Source: a virus
Virus record (IMG/VR): IMGVR_UViG_3300042691_027241
Location: 1 to 64,000 of that record
Strand: one strand, 5' to 3'
DNA length: 64,000 bases
The notes under the pieces are model-generated. The model made no database searches. It saw only the letters and a program-made list of their open reading frames with translations, and was not told the DNA's origin. Shown in pieces: positions 17,118-26,667 of this stretch. How positions within the stretch are numbered: position 1 is the stretch's first letter; each line of letters starts with the position of its first letter. Made by a program: the position numbers and the translations under genes.

Positions 17118-17990
17118 TTAATCGTCGCTATAATCGCCAGATTGTGGATTACCGCCCCAAGATCCCATACCTTGTCTGGTATAACTTGGAGTAAGTCCGT
17201 TCATTTCAAGAATATCATCTCGAAGATTTTGGTTGCGCTTTTCAATGTTAAGCACTCGAGTAAAGGAATTAGTGATAGCAGCAGTATAATAAGCAAAAGG
17301 ATTTTGTGATTTGCTTTCATCAAATTGTAGTCCTATCTGAGAGAGTTGAAGTAATGCTTGACTACGCATTTCATCGTTGTAAGTGTAGCCGCGCCAGTTG
17401 CTACGTGTAGCATAACGCTCGCACAATTTCATAAACATATGAGCCAGCTTTTTGGTCATTGCACCGTGCTCTCGGCAAAACTCCCCATCAGATACATCTC
17501 CTTTCCAATGACTTTTGCCCACACAATAAGGAATTCCTTCGTCGTTAATTCGATAATGTTGGAAAGGAGGAAAATTACATTTAACATACTTGGCAGGAGG
17601 AGCGTCTGTTGACAAATCATCATACTCAGTAAGCACATTTTCCTCATCATCAATAACTTTTTTCTTTTTAGATGTATCCTGCGGAATATGATTCCAAGTC
17701 ATTATTCTGAATACTACATCTGTATCGGCAATCTTGCTGGGTTTTATAGCAAAATTTTCGAGCTTTAATTTTTCACTTGAAACGGACTGCGCTGCATCAT
17801 ATGCTGCTCTGGCCAGTCGTTCTGCACGTAGCTTACGCCCCTCTGTGATATTTTTTTTGTTTATTTTGTCTATACTTGGTAGTATGATATCGTAATCACC
17901 ATCTTCGGGCAACAAAAAACTACAGTAGGTAAGTTTGCTTTTGTGGATTTCTTTGAGAATATCGCGATTGTTTAGATAATTGTGTTTCAT
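17118..17990 (-). CDS. gp55: Late transcription sigma factor (T4 gp55-like)
   Basis: NYLNNRDIL N-terminus; RSNWRGYTYNDEM, FDESKSQNPFAYYT...NSFTRVLNIEKR; gp55-gp47-gp46 synteny. Confidence 0.88.
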   Translation of the reverse strand: MKHNYLNNRDILKEIHKSKLTYCSFLLPEDGDYDIILPSIDKINKKNITEGRKLRAERLARAAYDAAQSVSSEKLKLENFAIKPSKIADTDVVFRIMTWNHIPQDTSKKKKVIDDEENVLTEYDDLSTDAPPAKYVKCNFPPFQHYRINDEGIPYCVGKSHWKGDVSDGEFCREHGAMTKKLAHMFMKLCERYATRSNWRGYTYNDEMRSQALLQLSQIGLQFDESKSQNPFAYYTAAITNSFTRVLNIEKRNQNLRDDILEMNGLTPSYTRQGMGSWGGNPQSGDYSDD

Positions 17991-18022
17991 TAAGTTCCTT
18001 AAAATACGCTGTTAATTTAGCA

Positions 18023-18030
18023 AATAAATA
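18023..18030 (+). promoter_or_regulatory. T4-type late promoter (AATAAATA)
   Basis: TAAATA core upstream of AGAGGA RBS and ATG 18054. Confidence 0.6.
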
Positions 18031-18053
18031 ATAAAAAAGCAAGAGGAAAATAT

Positions 18054-18995
18054 ATGCCAGTAGTAGAAGATTCAAAAATTGGGCTTTTTGCGCCTAATAA
18101 AAACAGCCAATTAAATCCAACGCTGGATGCAGAAGGACGGGCTGCCTTTTTGGCACGCCAAAAAAGTGCAATAAGCGGCAGTGGAGACCCCAAGGAAAGT
18201 CGTTTGTTAAAAGCCGGTTTACAAGCAGACGGCACCGCAATTACATCTTCTATGGCCAACGGAACTCCCAGTGTTGGGTTTGATAAATCTGGTGAAGAAT
18301 GGCGTGTACGAGTCAGTGTTGCGCCCGCAGCAAAAATATTATATAGGGATCCCAATCCTGGGGTAATGTCGTTTCTTAAAGATACTGATGGAGTCATTTT
18401 TCCTTACGTGCCTCAGGTTACTGTTGCCTATCAAGCAAGATATGGGTCACAACCGCTTACACACTCAAACTATACAAATTATTTTTACGAAGCCAGCGAA
18501 GTACAAGCAATTCAAATTAACGGCGAATTTTCTGTACAAAACGAATTTGATGCACAGTATCTTTTAGGTGTCCTTTATTTTTTTAGAGCTGCTACAAAAA
18601 TGTTTTACGGAAATTCTGGAATATACCAAGGATCGCCGCCGCCTATCCTGTATTTAGATGGATACGGTGCTCATTATTTACCTCACGTTCCGTGCTTGTT
18701 AACTCAATTTTCTCATACGATGCCAAATGACGTTGACTATCTTGAGACGACATTTCAAGGTAAGGGCACCTCAAAAACAACAATAGACACAGTTACAAAA
18801 TTGCCTGTGACAAAAACAGAACCTGGCAGAAACTATATTACTACGGAAACAGGAGAATTACCGTCAAAAACAAGACTTCCTACAGTAAGCACGATTTCAA
18901 TCACCCTGCAACCGGTGTATAGTCGTACAAAACAAAGAGAATTTGACTTTAATGCTTTTGCAAGGGGCGATATGATAACCAAAGGAATGTTGTAA
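18054..18995 (+). CDS. Baseplate/tail-tube initiator-like structural protein (gp48/gp54-like)
   Basis: First gene of baseplate operon; GVIFPYVPQV, GSPPPILYLDGYG, PCLLTQFSHTMPNDVDY tube-fold pattern. Confidence 0.6.
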   Translation: MPVVEDSKIGLFAPNKNSQLNPTLDAEGRAAFLARQKSAISGSGDPKESRLLKAGLQADGTAITSSMANGTPSVGFDKSGEEWRVRVSVAPAAKILYRDPNPGVMSFLKDTDGVIFPYVPQVTVAYQARYGSQPLTHSNYTNYFYEASEVQAIQINGEFSVQNEFDAQYLLGVLYFFRAATKMFYGNSGIYQGSPPPILYLDGYGAHYLPHVPCLLTQFSHTMPNDVDYLETTFQGKGTSKTTIDTVTKLPVTKTEPGRNYITTETGELPSKTRLPTVSTISITLQPVYSRTKQREFDFNAFARGDMITKGML

Positions 18996-19300
18996 TGGCC
19001 AAAGTAGCTTATTCAAGTAACAGCCCATATGCCCAAACAAGTACGTTTGGGAATTTTTTAGACGTAATGACCAATCGACCAATTACAAAAAAAGACGACG
19101 ATGTGTTGTATGAAATTGATAAGGTGTACGAATTTAGGCCCGACATACTTGCATCTGACCTGTATGGCGATAGTGCGCTATGGTGGGTGTTTGCTATGCG
19201 TAATCCCAATGTACTGAAAGATCCGCTTTTTGATTTTCGTGCAGGGGTTCAAATTTTTATCCCCAAAAAGGCCACACTCCAACAAGATTTAGGAGTATAA
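18995..19300 (+). CDS. Baseplate wedge protein (gp53-like, LysM-type)
   Basis: YEFRPDILASDLYGDSALWWVFAMRNP...IFIP. Confidence 0.82.
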   Translation: MAKVAYSSNSPYAQTSTFGNFLDVMTNRPITKKDDDVLYEIDKVYEFRPDILASDLYGDSALWWVFAMRNPNVLKDPLFDFRAGVQIFIPKKATLQQDLGV

Positions 19301-19301
19301 C

Positions 19302-22300
19302 TTGCCAAAAGAGCTTAGATTTAGTCAGCAAAAACTTGACGAAGTTAACAAGTTAATCAAAGGCGGCTACAGTGAGGATGACGCTTTTAATCGTGCTGGT
19401 ATTACTGAGGAAGAGTATGACCTGTATCGACTGGATGATAAAGGTCGAGTCACAAAAGCATTTGATGTAATTGAAGTTAGAACCAAAGAGGAAGAAGAAG
19501 CGAGGATAGCCGAAGACCAGAGACGAGTAAAAGAAGCAGAAGAACGACGAGCACGTCGTGAAGAAGAAATCAGAGTCGACCGCGAGAAAAACTTAGAGCG
19601 ATTACGAAAAAAGAGAGAAGACGAAAAGGCCGCAGCTAAAAAAGGTTGGAGTGACGAAGAAGACAAAGCAGAAACTACCGGTCCATCAAACACTCGAGGG
19701 GAAGTAACAACAACCACAAGTGGCGGTGGGGTAAGAGAAACCAGAATGACTGCTGAAATGTCGGACTGGACAGGCAAAAACAATACTGCTCGCAAAGCAG
19801 ACGACGCAGCCACAACAGCAGCAAAAAACGAATATCTAAGATCTTTGGGCTTAGAAAACGCCAACTTCAGAGAGAAGAATAGGGCATTACGTGCTGCCGA
19901 AGCCGAGGGTAAAGATTTTAATGTCACTACAAATCGTGATGCACTGGGCCCGCCACCTCAAACGCAGTATGAAGACGTCACTATCAGACCAAATCAAACT
20001 AATGTTCAAGTAACCAACGACGGTGCACAGACAGCCAATCAAGCAGCAAAAAATCAAGCCGACGGTCAAACCGCAGAAGATAAATTAAAAAATGAAAATT
20101 TGTCTCCGCAACCAGGCGCCGGAAACAATCAACCAACCACAACCAATGACCCAAATCCTCTAATTGTACCTGCCGCGACTGTAAGCACAGCCGAAGCAGA
20201 CAAAATTCGAAACAATGCAAACAGAGGATCGAGCGCCGAAGAACTACCCCCGAACGCTTTTCCGGCTCCAGGCAGCAGCGAAAGCAATTCCGTTGAAGCC
20301 GGAAGAGACTTAGAAAAACGCAAACAATCAAGTATATCAGGAACTACCAGCAGTAGTAAACCAATTGATTCTGGCAAGTCAGATAGCGACAAACAAAAGG
20401 AGTTGTCGCTAAAATTAGCACAAGCCAAGAAAAATTTACTGCATGACTATACCAGCAGTACCTATAGACTTACTTTATATCTTCTGTCGGCCATGGATTA
20501 TACTGCCATGATAGAACGGCCCAGCAGCTTTGAACCTAAATTTGCTTTGATTTCAAGTGGTGGTGGTTTTCCTAACAAGCAGCCCCTAACAACTGTTGCA
20601 TCAGCAACAAAAACTGGACGCCACCCTGATTTCATGGAAGATTTCTTTATTGAAAATCTCAGTCTTACCACTGTGGTTGGTTTGAATGCAAAAACCAAAG
20701 CCAGTAACGCAATAGAAATAAGTTTTAATATAATTGAACCATATGGTATGACATTATTAGACAGGCTACAAAGTGCTTGCATGATGCCGCCTGTTGAATG
20801 CCCTAATTATATGGATCAGCCTTATCTATTAGAAATTGATTTCATATCAAATGTAAATGAAGCTACACCAACATCTAATAGAATTGATAGAAAACGTGTT
20901 GCCATCAAAATTATAGAAATGAAAATTAAACCTGGAACAGGTGGTACAGAATACAGATGTAGAGCTATTCCATACAACCACACTGCGTTTCAGGATTCGG
21001 TAGCTGGCCTACCTATTGCACTTAGCGTACAAGCAGGTACTGTGGGAGAATTCTTTGACAGTAATAAAGAAATAGAAAAAATATTTTCAGCCGAAGTATC
21101 ACAGAATGAAGAGCGAGTGGAAAGTGAATTAAAAAAATGGGTGGCAGATCAAGAAAGTAAAAATCAAGGAACCAAACCTACAGAAGCAGAAATAAATCAA
21201 GAAAGAGACCGTAGAAAAGCAGCTTTGGATTATGCAACCAAAAGTTATCCAGCTGGTTATAACGGTTTTATGCGCGGCGTGTCGGGCCCAGGAAGAACAT
21301 TTGGCTTACCTCCGTCGTTGATCACTTTTAATATTACAGACAGTAGGATACAGAAAAGCAAAATTGTTGATGAAAAGTTTGCTGAGGCACGCACAGTACC
21401 AATGTCAGATCCAGATGAATCAGTAAACTCTTCTCATAAGAGATCGCAACTTAAAGATGGTAAAACCAAACAAGGATTCAATATCAATCCAGGGATTAAC
21501 ATTGTGCAATTGATTGACCGAGTGATGCAAAGTAGCGAATACATATCAGGTCAAGTCAAGGAAGCCAAAGACGCAATAGAGAGAAACAGAGGAATAATAT
21601 CTGATAGGAGTAACTTGCTGAATGATGCAAATCAAACTCAAATTAACAGAGAACAGGCAGCAAAAGAGAGAAGAGAAGCTCAAGCCGAACTTAACAAATA
21701 CCAGTTTTTAGATTGGTACAAAATAATACCACAGATATATCTTAATGGATTTGATAATAGTACCAATGCTTACAGTAGAACAGCGGTGTATACAATTGTG
21801 CCTTATAAAGCAGCTAATGCTTACCATCCTGATTTTGCCAAAACAAGAATTAACAAAAGTAAAATTGTAAGAGCATACAATTATCTCTACACAGGGCTGA
21901 ATCAAGACATTATTAGTATAGAAATAGATTTTGATAGTTTATTCTATACCGGAATCACTGCATATCAAGACAGTAAAACTGCTGTGGCAGCAAGTTATAG
22001 TAATCCATTAGAGGATGAAGATAATGCAGCGAGAGATGCTGACCCTAATAGGCCGAATGCCAAAAGAAATTTAGATTTACCAACATCTTACAAGCCTCGA
22101 GGTGTAAACGCCAAAGGTTCAGGACAAATGAATAGAGCTGTTAAACCCGATGCAACTGCGGTTAGTGATATTGCTGACAGCATATATACCAGCAGTCGCG
22201 GCGATATGTTAAATGTGCAATTACGTATTATAGGCGATCCTGGATTTATTAAGCAGGACGACATATATTATAATCCTATGAGTCCCGATTATCAAAACAC

Positions 22301-23258
22301 TATTATTAGTAAAGTAGCAGGAGAAAACAACAGCGAAACGGTACCTATTAATCCAGATACAGGACAAATACTGTTTGACCAAGAACAAGTTTTTGTTCAG
22401 CTTTTAATAAAAAGTGCTGTAGATATTGATGATGCCACTGGCATTACTAACAAACAAATAAAACTATCTAATGGTAGAATGACCGATTCTACATTCAGTG
22501 GGGTGTACAAGGTTCTTAAAGTAAAAAGCGATTTTACAAAAGGTAAGTTTGAACAAACTCTTGATCTGGTTAAAATGCCAAACGACTTATTTTATGATGA
22601 TAGTCCCCGAACATCGCCCAAAGTAGAACTTCAAGCCACAGTGGCCGTTGGTGAACCTACACAGTCAACCCCGTTAGCACCAGTACAAGAGAATCAAGTG
22701 GTTGATAGTACAGGTTTAACATCAGATCAAATAAATGATTTAAAAACAGCAGCAGCTCAACCACCAACTAACCCAGTTCCGGTGTCTGCTGGTGCAGGAA
22801 CAGTGGCCACTGTTCCGCAACCTACAGCAGCAGCACCTTCTAATGCAGGGGATGCGTTGGCAGTTGCTCCAGAGCAATCAGTACCGCGCGATCCTCAAAA
22901 CGAGTTAGCAGAAATTGAAAGTGAAATAGATGATATATTGAGAACAAGAACTACAGAATTTAACTCATTCAACGCTACCATAACCAGCATTAAAAATGAT
23001 TCAAGCTTGACAAGAGAGCAAAAAGCAGATAAAACTATTAGATACAGAGAAGCTTTAAAAGAAGTTTTATCTGAACAGGCCACACAGCTACAACAAGTGG
23101 CCCTAAGATTGCTCAAGGTACAAGAAACAAGCAAAGGTTATACAGCGCAAATAACAAAACTGATAGGCAGGGCGGCGCCTTTACAAACACAAGCCACTCA
23201 GGTGTTTAAAGATCAAACAGAAAAAATCAAAAAAATTCAAGAAACAGGTTTAGTATAA
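19302..23258 (+). CDS. Large baseplate hub protein (gp27-like) with long low-complexity extensions
   Basis: Between gp53 and gp5; ISFNIIEPYGMTLLDRL, LRIIGDPGFI, FSGVYKVLKVKSDFTKGKFEQTLDL hub-type motifs; TTG start. Confidence 0.6.
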   Translation: MPKELRFSQQKLDEVNKLIKGGYSEDDAFNRAGITEEEYDLYRLDDKGRVTKAFDVIEVRTKEEEEARIAEDQRRVKEAEERRARREEEIRVDREKNLERLRKKREDEKAAAKKGWSDEEDKAETTGPSNTRGEVTTTTSGGGVRETRMTAEMSDWTGKNNTARKADDAATTAAKNEYLRSLGLENANFREKNRALRAAEAEGKDFNVTTNRDALGPPPQTQYEDVTIRPNQTNVQVTNDGAQTANQAAKNQADGQTAEDKLKNENLSPQPGAGNNQPTTTNDPNPLIVPAATVSTAEADKIRNNANRGSSAEELPPNAFPAPGSSESNSVEAGRDLEKRKQSSISGTTSSSKPIDSGKSDSDKQKELSLKLAQAKKNLLHDYTSSTYRLTLYLLSAMDYTAMIERPSSFEPKFALISSGGGFPNKQPLTTVASATKTGRHPDFMEDFFIENLSLTTVVGLNAKTKASNAIEISFNIIEPYGMTLLDRLQSACMMPPVECPNYMDQPYLLEIDFISNVNEATPTSNRIDRKRVAIKIIEMKIKPGTGGTEYRCRAIPYNHTAFQDSVAGLPIALSVQAGTVGEFFDSNKEIEKIFSAEVSQNEERVESELKKWVADQESKNQGTKPTEAEINQERDRRKAALDYATKSYPAGYNGFMRGVSGPGRTFGLPPSLITFNITDSRIQKSKIVDEKFAEARTVPMSDPDESVNSSHKRSQLKDGKTKQGFNINPGINIVQLIDRVMQSSEYISGQVKEAKDAIERNRGIISDRSNLLNDANQTQINREQAAKERREAQAELNKYQFLDWYKIIPQIYLNGFDNSTNAYSRTAVYTIVPYKAANAYHPDFAKTRINKSKIVRAYNYLYTGLNQDIISIEIDFDSLFYTGITAYQDSKTAVAASYSNPLEDEDNAARDADPNRPNAKRNLDLPTSYKPRGVNAKGSGQMNRAVKPDATAVSDIADSIYTSSRGDMLNVQLRIIGDPGFIKQDDIYYNPMSPDYQNTIISKVAGENNSETVPINPDTGQILFDQEQVFVQLLIKSAVDIDDATGITNKQIKLSNGRMTDSTFSGVYKVLKVKSDFTKGKFEQTLDLVKMPNDLFYDDSPRTSPKVELQATVAVGEPTQSTPLAPVQENQVVDSTGLTSDQINDLKTAAAQPPTNPVPVSAGAGTVATVPQPTAAAPSNAGDALAVAPEQSVPRDPQNELAEIESEIDDILRTRTTEFNSFNATITSIKNDSSLTREQKADKTIRYREALKEVLSEQATQLQQVALRLLKVQETSKGYTAQITKLIGRAAPLQTQATQVFKDQTEKIKKIQETGLV

Positions 23259-23259
23259 A

Positions 23260-24936
23260 ATGGCAGATTCAATTAATCCAAAAAAAGTTAATCCCAACTA
23301 CGACAAGGACGCCACACCCGGTATCAAAATTGATCCTGGACCATACATTGGGATTGTCAAAAACAATGTAGACCCTACCCGACTGGGTAGATTAGAAGTA
23401 TGGATAGCCGAATTGCAAGGAGAGGAAACAGGACCGTACATTACAGTAAGCTACGCAAGTCCGTTTTTTGGCAGCACTGTTGGTAAACCAGGGGTCGATG
23501 ATCCTACCACATTCGGAACAGAGGCTCAGACTTATGGTTTTTGGGCTGTGCCACCTGACTTAGAAAATCAGGTCCTGGTCACTTTTGTAAATGGAGATAT
23601 CAGTAGAGGATTTTGGTTTGCCTGCATACAAAATACAGAGTCTACTCATATGACGCCTGGTATTGCCAGACCCAGTGGCACTACACAGCTGACTCTTGAT
23701 CCTACCTTCGGCATCAATAGAGATGTTCCTGCAGATAACATATTTTTGCCAGGCAGCGAAGTAAACTTAGAGAGTGTTGGTAGAAACACAGCAAAAAATT
23801 ATCTTGAGTTAGATAGAGTGTTACACACTTACCAATCTAATATTGTAATTCAACAAGGATTAGAGTCTGATCCTGATCGTGGAACCATAACCAGTTCAAG
23901 TACCAGAGAATCTCCCAGCAGAGTATTTGGGTTCAGCACCCCGGGTCGCGGATTTCCAGATTTAACTGACAAATACCCAGATAGAGAATCATTAGACGAA
24001 GCCTTAAAATTAGGCAATCAAGGCGAAAAAATCTTTGATTGGCAACCCACTGAACGAAAAGGTGGGCATACCTTTGTCATGGATGATGGCGATCTATACG
24101 GCGACAGTCAGCTGGTAAGATTAAGATCAGCAGGCGGGCATCAAATATTGTTCAATGACACCAATGAAGTTTTATATATTATCAACAATAAAGGGACTGC
24201 ATGGTTAGAGTTTACTCCTAAAGGTAGTATTAACATTTATAGTGGTGACAGTCTGAATTTAAGATCTGAGATGGATTTGAATTTTCACGCCGACGGTAAT
24301 GTAAACATCAATGCAGGATCTACTATTAAAATGTATGCAGGAGCATCAATCGAATCACAAACATCTTTACAATTAATTACTGCCAAAGATTTATATAATA
24401 TCAATGCAGGTGTAGTGGGCTTACGCAGTGGAGGCAGTTTAGATATTAGAGCACTTAATGCCAGCATAGAAACTGCAGGATTGTTTAATATAAAAACTCA
24501 AGACACCATGATAACTTCATCAAGATGGGTTAATGTTAGATCGCAAGGTAATGTAACATTCAATTCACAGAGCGAATTTATAATAAGTTCAAACACAAAC
24601 GCAAGTTCAGGTGTTACAAGTGGTTGGAAAGTGGGATCCGGGGAACTATGGTTAAAAGGCGGAGATCAAGTGTATATAAACACAGCCGGAAAAGTACCAG
24701 AAAACCCAAAAATTCCACCTACACCAGTAGAGCCATTAGTAAATCCGCCAATGGAGTTATATCAACAGGAAAATGTAAGATTTAATCCAGACATTAAACG
24801 TTGGGAGTTAGATCCACAAAGTGGATTGGCAAGTATAGCACCGCTTACCCCCACGCACGAGCCTTGGACAAGACAAACAGGTAAGAAGAAATTGAGTAGC
24901 GGGTTAGCTGAACCAAATAAAGATCAGGAAGAATAG
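23260..24936 (+). CDS. Baseplate central spike (gp5 / VgrG-like, OB-fold + beta-helix)
   Basis: GIVKNNVDPTRLGRLEVWI, YGFWAVPPDLENQVLVTF, GHTFVMDDG, RSAGGHQILFND, beta-helix repeats. Confidence 0.85.
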   Translation: MADSINPKKVNPNYDKDATPGIKIDPGPYIGIVKNNVDPTRLGRLEVWIAELQGEETGPYITVSYASPFFGSTVGKPGVDDPTTFGTEAQTYGFWAVPPDLENQVLVTFVNGDISRGFWFACIQNTESTHMTPGIARPSGTTQLTLDPTFGINRDVPADNIFLPGSEVNLESVGRNTAKNYLELDRVLHTYQSNIVIQQGLESDPDRGTITSSSTRESPSRVFGFSTPGRGFPDLTDKYPDRESLDEALKLGNQGEKIFDWQPTERKGGHTFVMDDGDLYGDSQLVRLRSAGGHQILFNDTNEVLYIINNKGTAWLEFTPKGSINIYSGDSLNLRSEMDLNFHADGNVNINAGSTIKMYAGASIESQTSLQLITAKDLYNINAGVVGLRSGGSLDIRALNASIETAGLFNIKTQDTMITSSRWVNVRSQGNVTFNSQSEFIISSNTNASSGVTSGWKVGSGELWLKGGDQVYINTAGKVPENPKIPPTPVEPLVNPPMELYQQENVRFNPDIKRWELDPQSGLASIAPLTPTHEPWTRQTGKKKLSSGLAEPNKDQEE

Positions 24937-24937
24937 T

Positions 24938-26227
24938 ATGCCAATTAATGTTACCGAATTTGTTAATCAAATTGTGCAAAATAATCCACAGGCCAATGCT
25001 CAAGTGGCTGCAGGAGCAAGCACAGCAGCGGCCATGTTTAGCGCATTTGATTCAGGTGGAGTTAATGCGTCTACTGTTTTGACTTTGACTAACAATCTAC
25101 CTCCAGGTGTACAGGCTAATATTAACAACGCTGTGGGATCTATTACCGCCAACCTTGGTGCGTCCAGTGCTGCGCCTGGTCAACAGGCCACAAGTCAATC
25201 TAATAATGTTGGTATTGAAGAGGCCAGAAAACAGGCGTTTGGTCAAGGAGCCCCCAGAAGTCTTCTTGATGATCCGGCAGCACCAATTGGCGCACCTACA
25301 CCTAAAGTTAAAAAAGATATTCCTACATTGAGAGAAAGTGATATCAAGGCTCTTATGGTACAAATTGCATTTATGGAAACGAACAACGACAGCACATATA
25401 ATGTACCGCCAAGAATAGGTAGATACGCAGTTCATAACAAAACTTTAATTAATTATGGGTACAAATTTTCCAATGGAGCAGCATATACAGGAAAAGATGG
25501 GGTAACTACAGAGATTGAATTCGTGTTTGACGTAAATGTACAAGATCGCATAATGGAAAAATTTTTATTAGCACAGTATAACGCTGGTATAAAATCTGGA
25601 GCCATAAAAGATTACGACACCAAAGAATCAGTAGCAGGCATGCTGGCCGTCGCTTATCAATTCCAAGATGCCAATCCAACTTTGCAGCAAGGTTTGTCGT
25701 CTATTACAGGATTGATGAGTACTGACACAAGTAGTTTAGTATCAGCTGCATCAGGGCTGGCCGGTGACCTGGGCGGACTGTTGAGCACCGCAGCAGCGCC
25801 ACTACAGGCAGCTTCGCAACTTGCTCAAAGTGAAGTTTCGTCTATAGCACAAAACTTGCAGTCGGCTCTACCCACTGTCAGTGTTTCCGCCAGCGGAGTT
25901 GCAGTTGACACACAGGCACTATCCGGAATACCTAATATTACTGGCACTGCTACTGCCACTGCACAAAGTGTACAAACTGCGCTTGATCCTGCGCTGCAAG
26001 GGTCTGCAGCACAATTTAAGAAAGCCGCAGCCAAAGTTGATGTAAGCAAATTAAAAGCAACCGGCGATGATTATGCCAACTCGCTGCCAGCCGCCAAGGC
26101 AAAAGAGTGGCGTCAAAAAGGCAAAGAAAAAGACAGTCAAGGACGTCCTGGGGCTCTTTTTTATAATGCAGGAAAATATGCTATACAAAATTTAAATGCT
26201 GACGTTTCGACCGAATCACTTCCATAA
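24938..26227 (+). CDS. Virion protein with divergent lysozyme-like domain
   Basis: ALMVQIAFMET...YN...IGRYAV...LINYGY...VQDRIMEKF...AGMLAVAY resembles lysozyme-like folds; directly after gp5. Confidence 0.5.
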   Translation: MPINVTEFVNQIVQNNPQANAQVAAGASTAAAMFSAFDSGGVNASTVLTLTNNLPPGVQANINNAVGSITANLGASSAAPGQQATSQSNNVGIEEARKQAFGQGAPRSLLDDPAAPIGAPTPKVKKDIPTLRESDIKALMVQIAFMETNNDSTYNVPPRIGRYAVHNKTLINYGYKFSNGAAYTGKDGVTTEIEFVFDVNVQDRIMEKFLLAQYNAGIKSGAIKDYDTKESVAGMLAVAYQFQDANPTLQQGLSSITGLMSTDTSSLVSAASGLAGDLGGLLSTAAAPLQAASQLAQSEVSSIAQNLQSALPTVSVSASGVAVDTQALSGIPNITGTATATAQSVQTALDPALQGSAAQFKKAAAKVDVSKLKATGDDYANSLPAAKAKEWRQKGKEKDSQGRPGALFYNAGKYAIQNLNADVSTESLP

Positions 26228-26231
26228 TATG

Positions 26232-26239
26232 AGTAAATA
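26232..26239 (+). promoter_or_regulatory. T4-type late promoter (AGTAAATA)
   Basis: TAAATA core 5 nt before ATG 26245. Confidence 0.55.
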
Positions 26240-26244
26240 CTAAT

Positions 26245-26619
26245 ATGACAAGATACAAAGGCTTCAGTACTATTAATAATACTAAAAAATTCCGTATTAC
26301 TGATGCAGAATTAGTAAAACGAGACTTGATAAATCATTTTGGCATACGCAAAGGCCAAAAACTCATGAACCCAGACTTTGGAAGTATAATTTGGAACATG
26401 TTGTTTGAACCTCTCACTGCCGATGTTCAGTCAACAATCGTTGAGGATGTAAAAAGAATCGTGAGTTATGATCCGCGAGTATCTGTTGATAACGTGCTTA
26501 TAAACGAATTTGAACACGGTTTGCAAATACAAATTGACTTGACATTTTTACCGGGTAATTATAGCGAACAGCTTAAATTAGAATTCAATTCAGATTCAAA
26601 TATATTATTAGCATCATAA
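26245..26619 (+). CDS. gp25: Baseplate wedge subunit gp25
   Basis: LVKRDLINHFGIRKGQKLMNPDFGSIIWNMLFEPL...YDPRV. Confidence 0.92.
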   Translation: MTRYKGFSTINNTKKFRITDAELVKRDLINHFGIRKGQKLMNPDFGSIIWNMLFEPLTADVQSTIVEDVKRIVSYDPRVSVDNVLINEFEHGLQIQIDLTFLPGNYSEQLKLEFNSDSNILLAS

Positions 26620-26639
26620 AAATACCATATTATAATTGC

Positions 26640-26647
26640 CATAAATA
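26640..26647 (+). promoter_or_regulatory. T4-type late promoter (CATAAATA)
   Basis: In gp25/gp6 gap upstream of ATG 26668. Confidence 0.65.
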
Positions 26648-26667
26648 TTGAATAATAGGTATAAGAT

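Noticed and set aside
18017-18397. 126-aa minus ORF upstream of gp55, and other short antisense/alternate-frame ORFs in the track
   Set aside because: Overlap well-supported genes, no motifs or RBS
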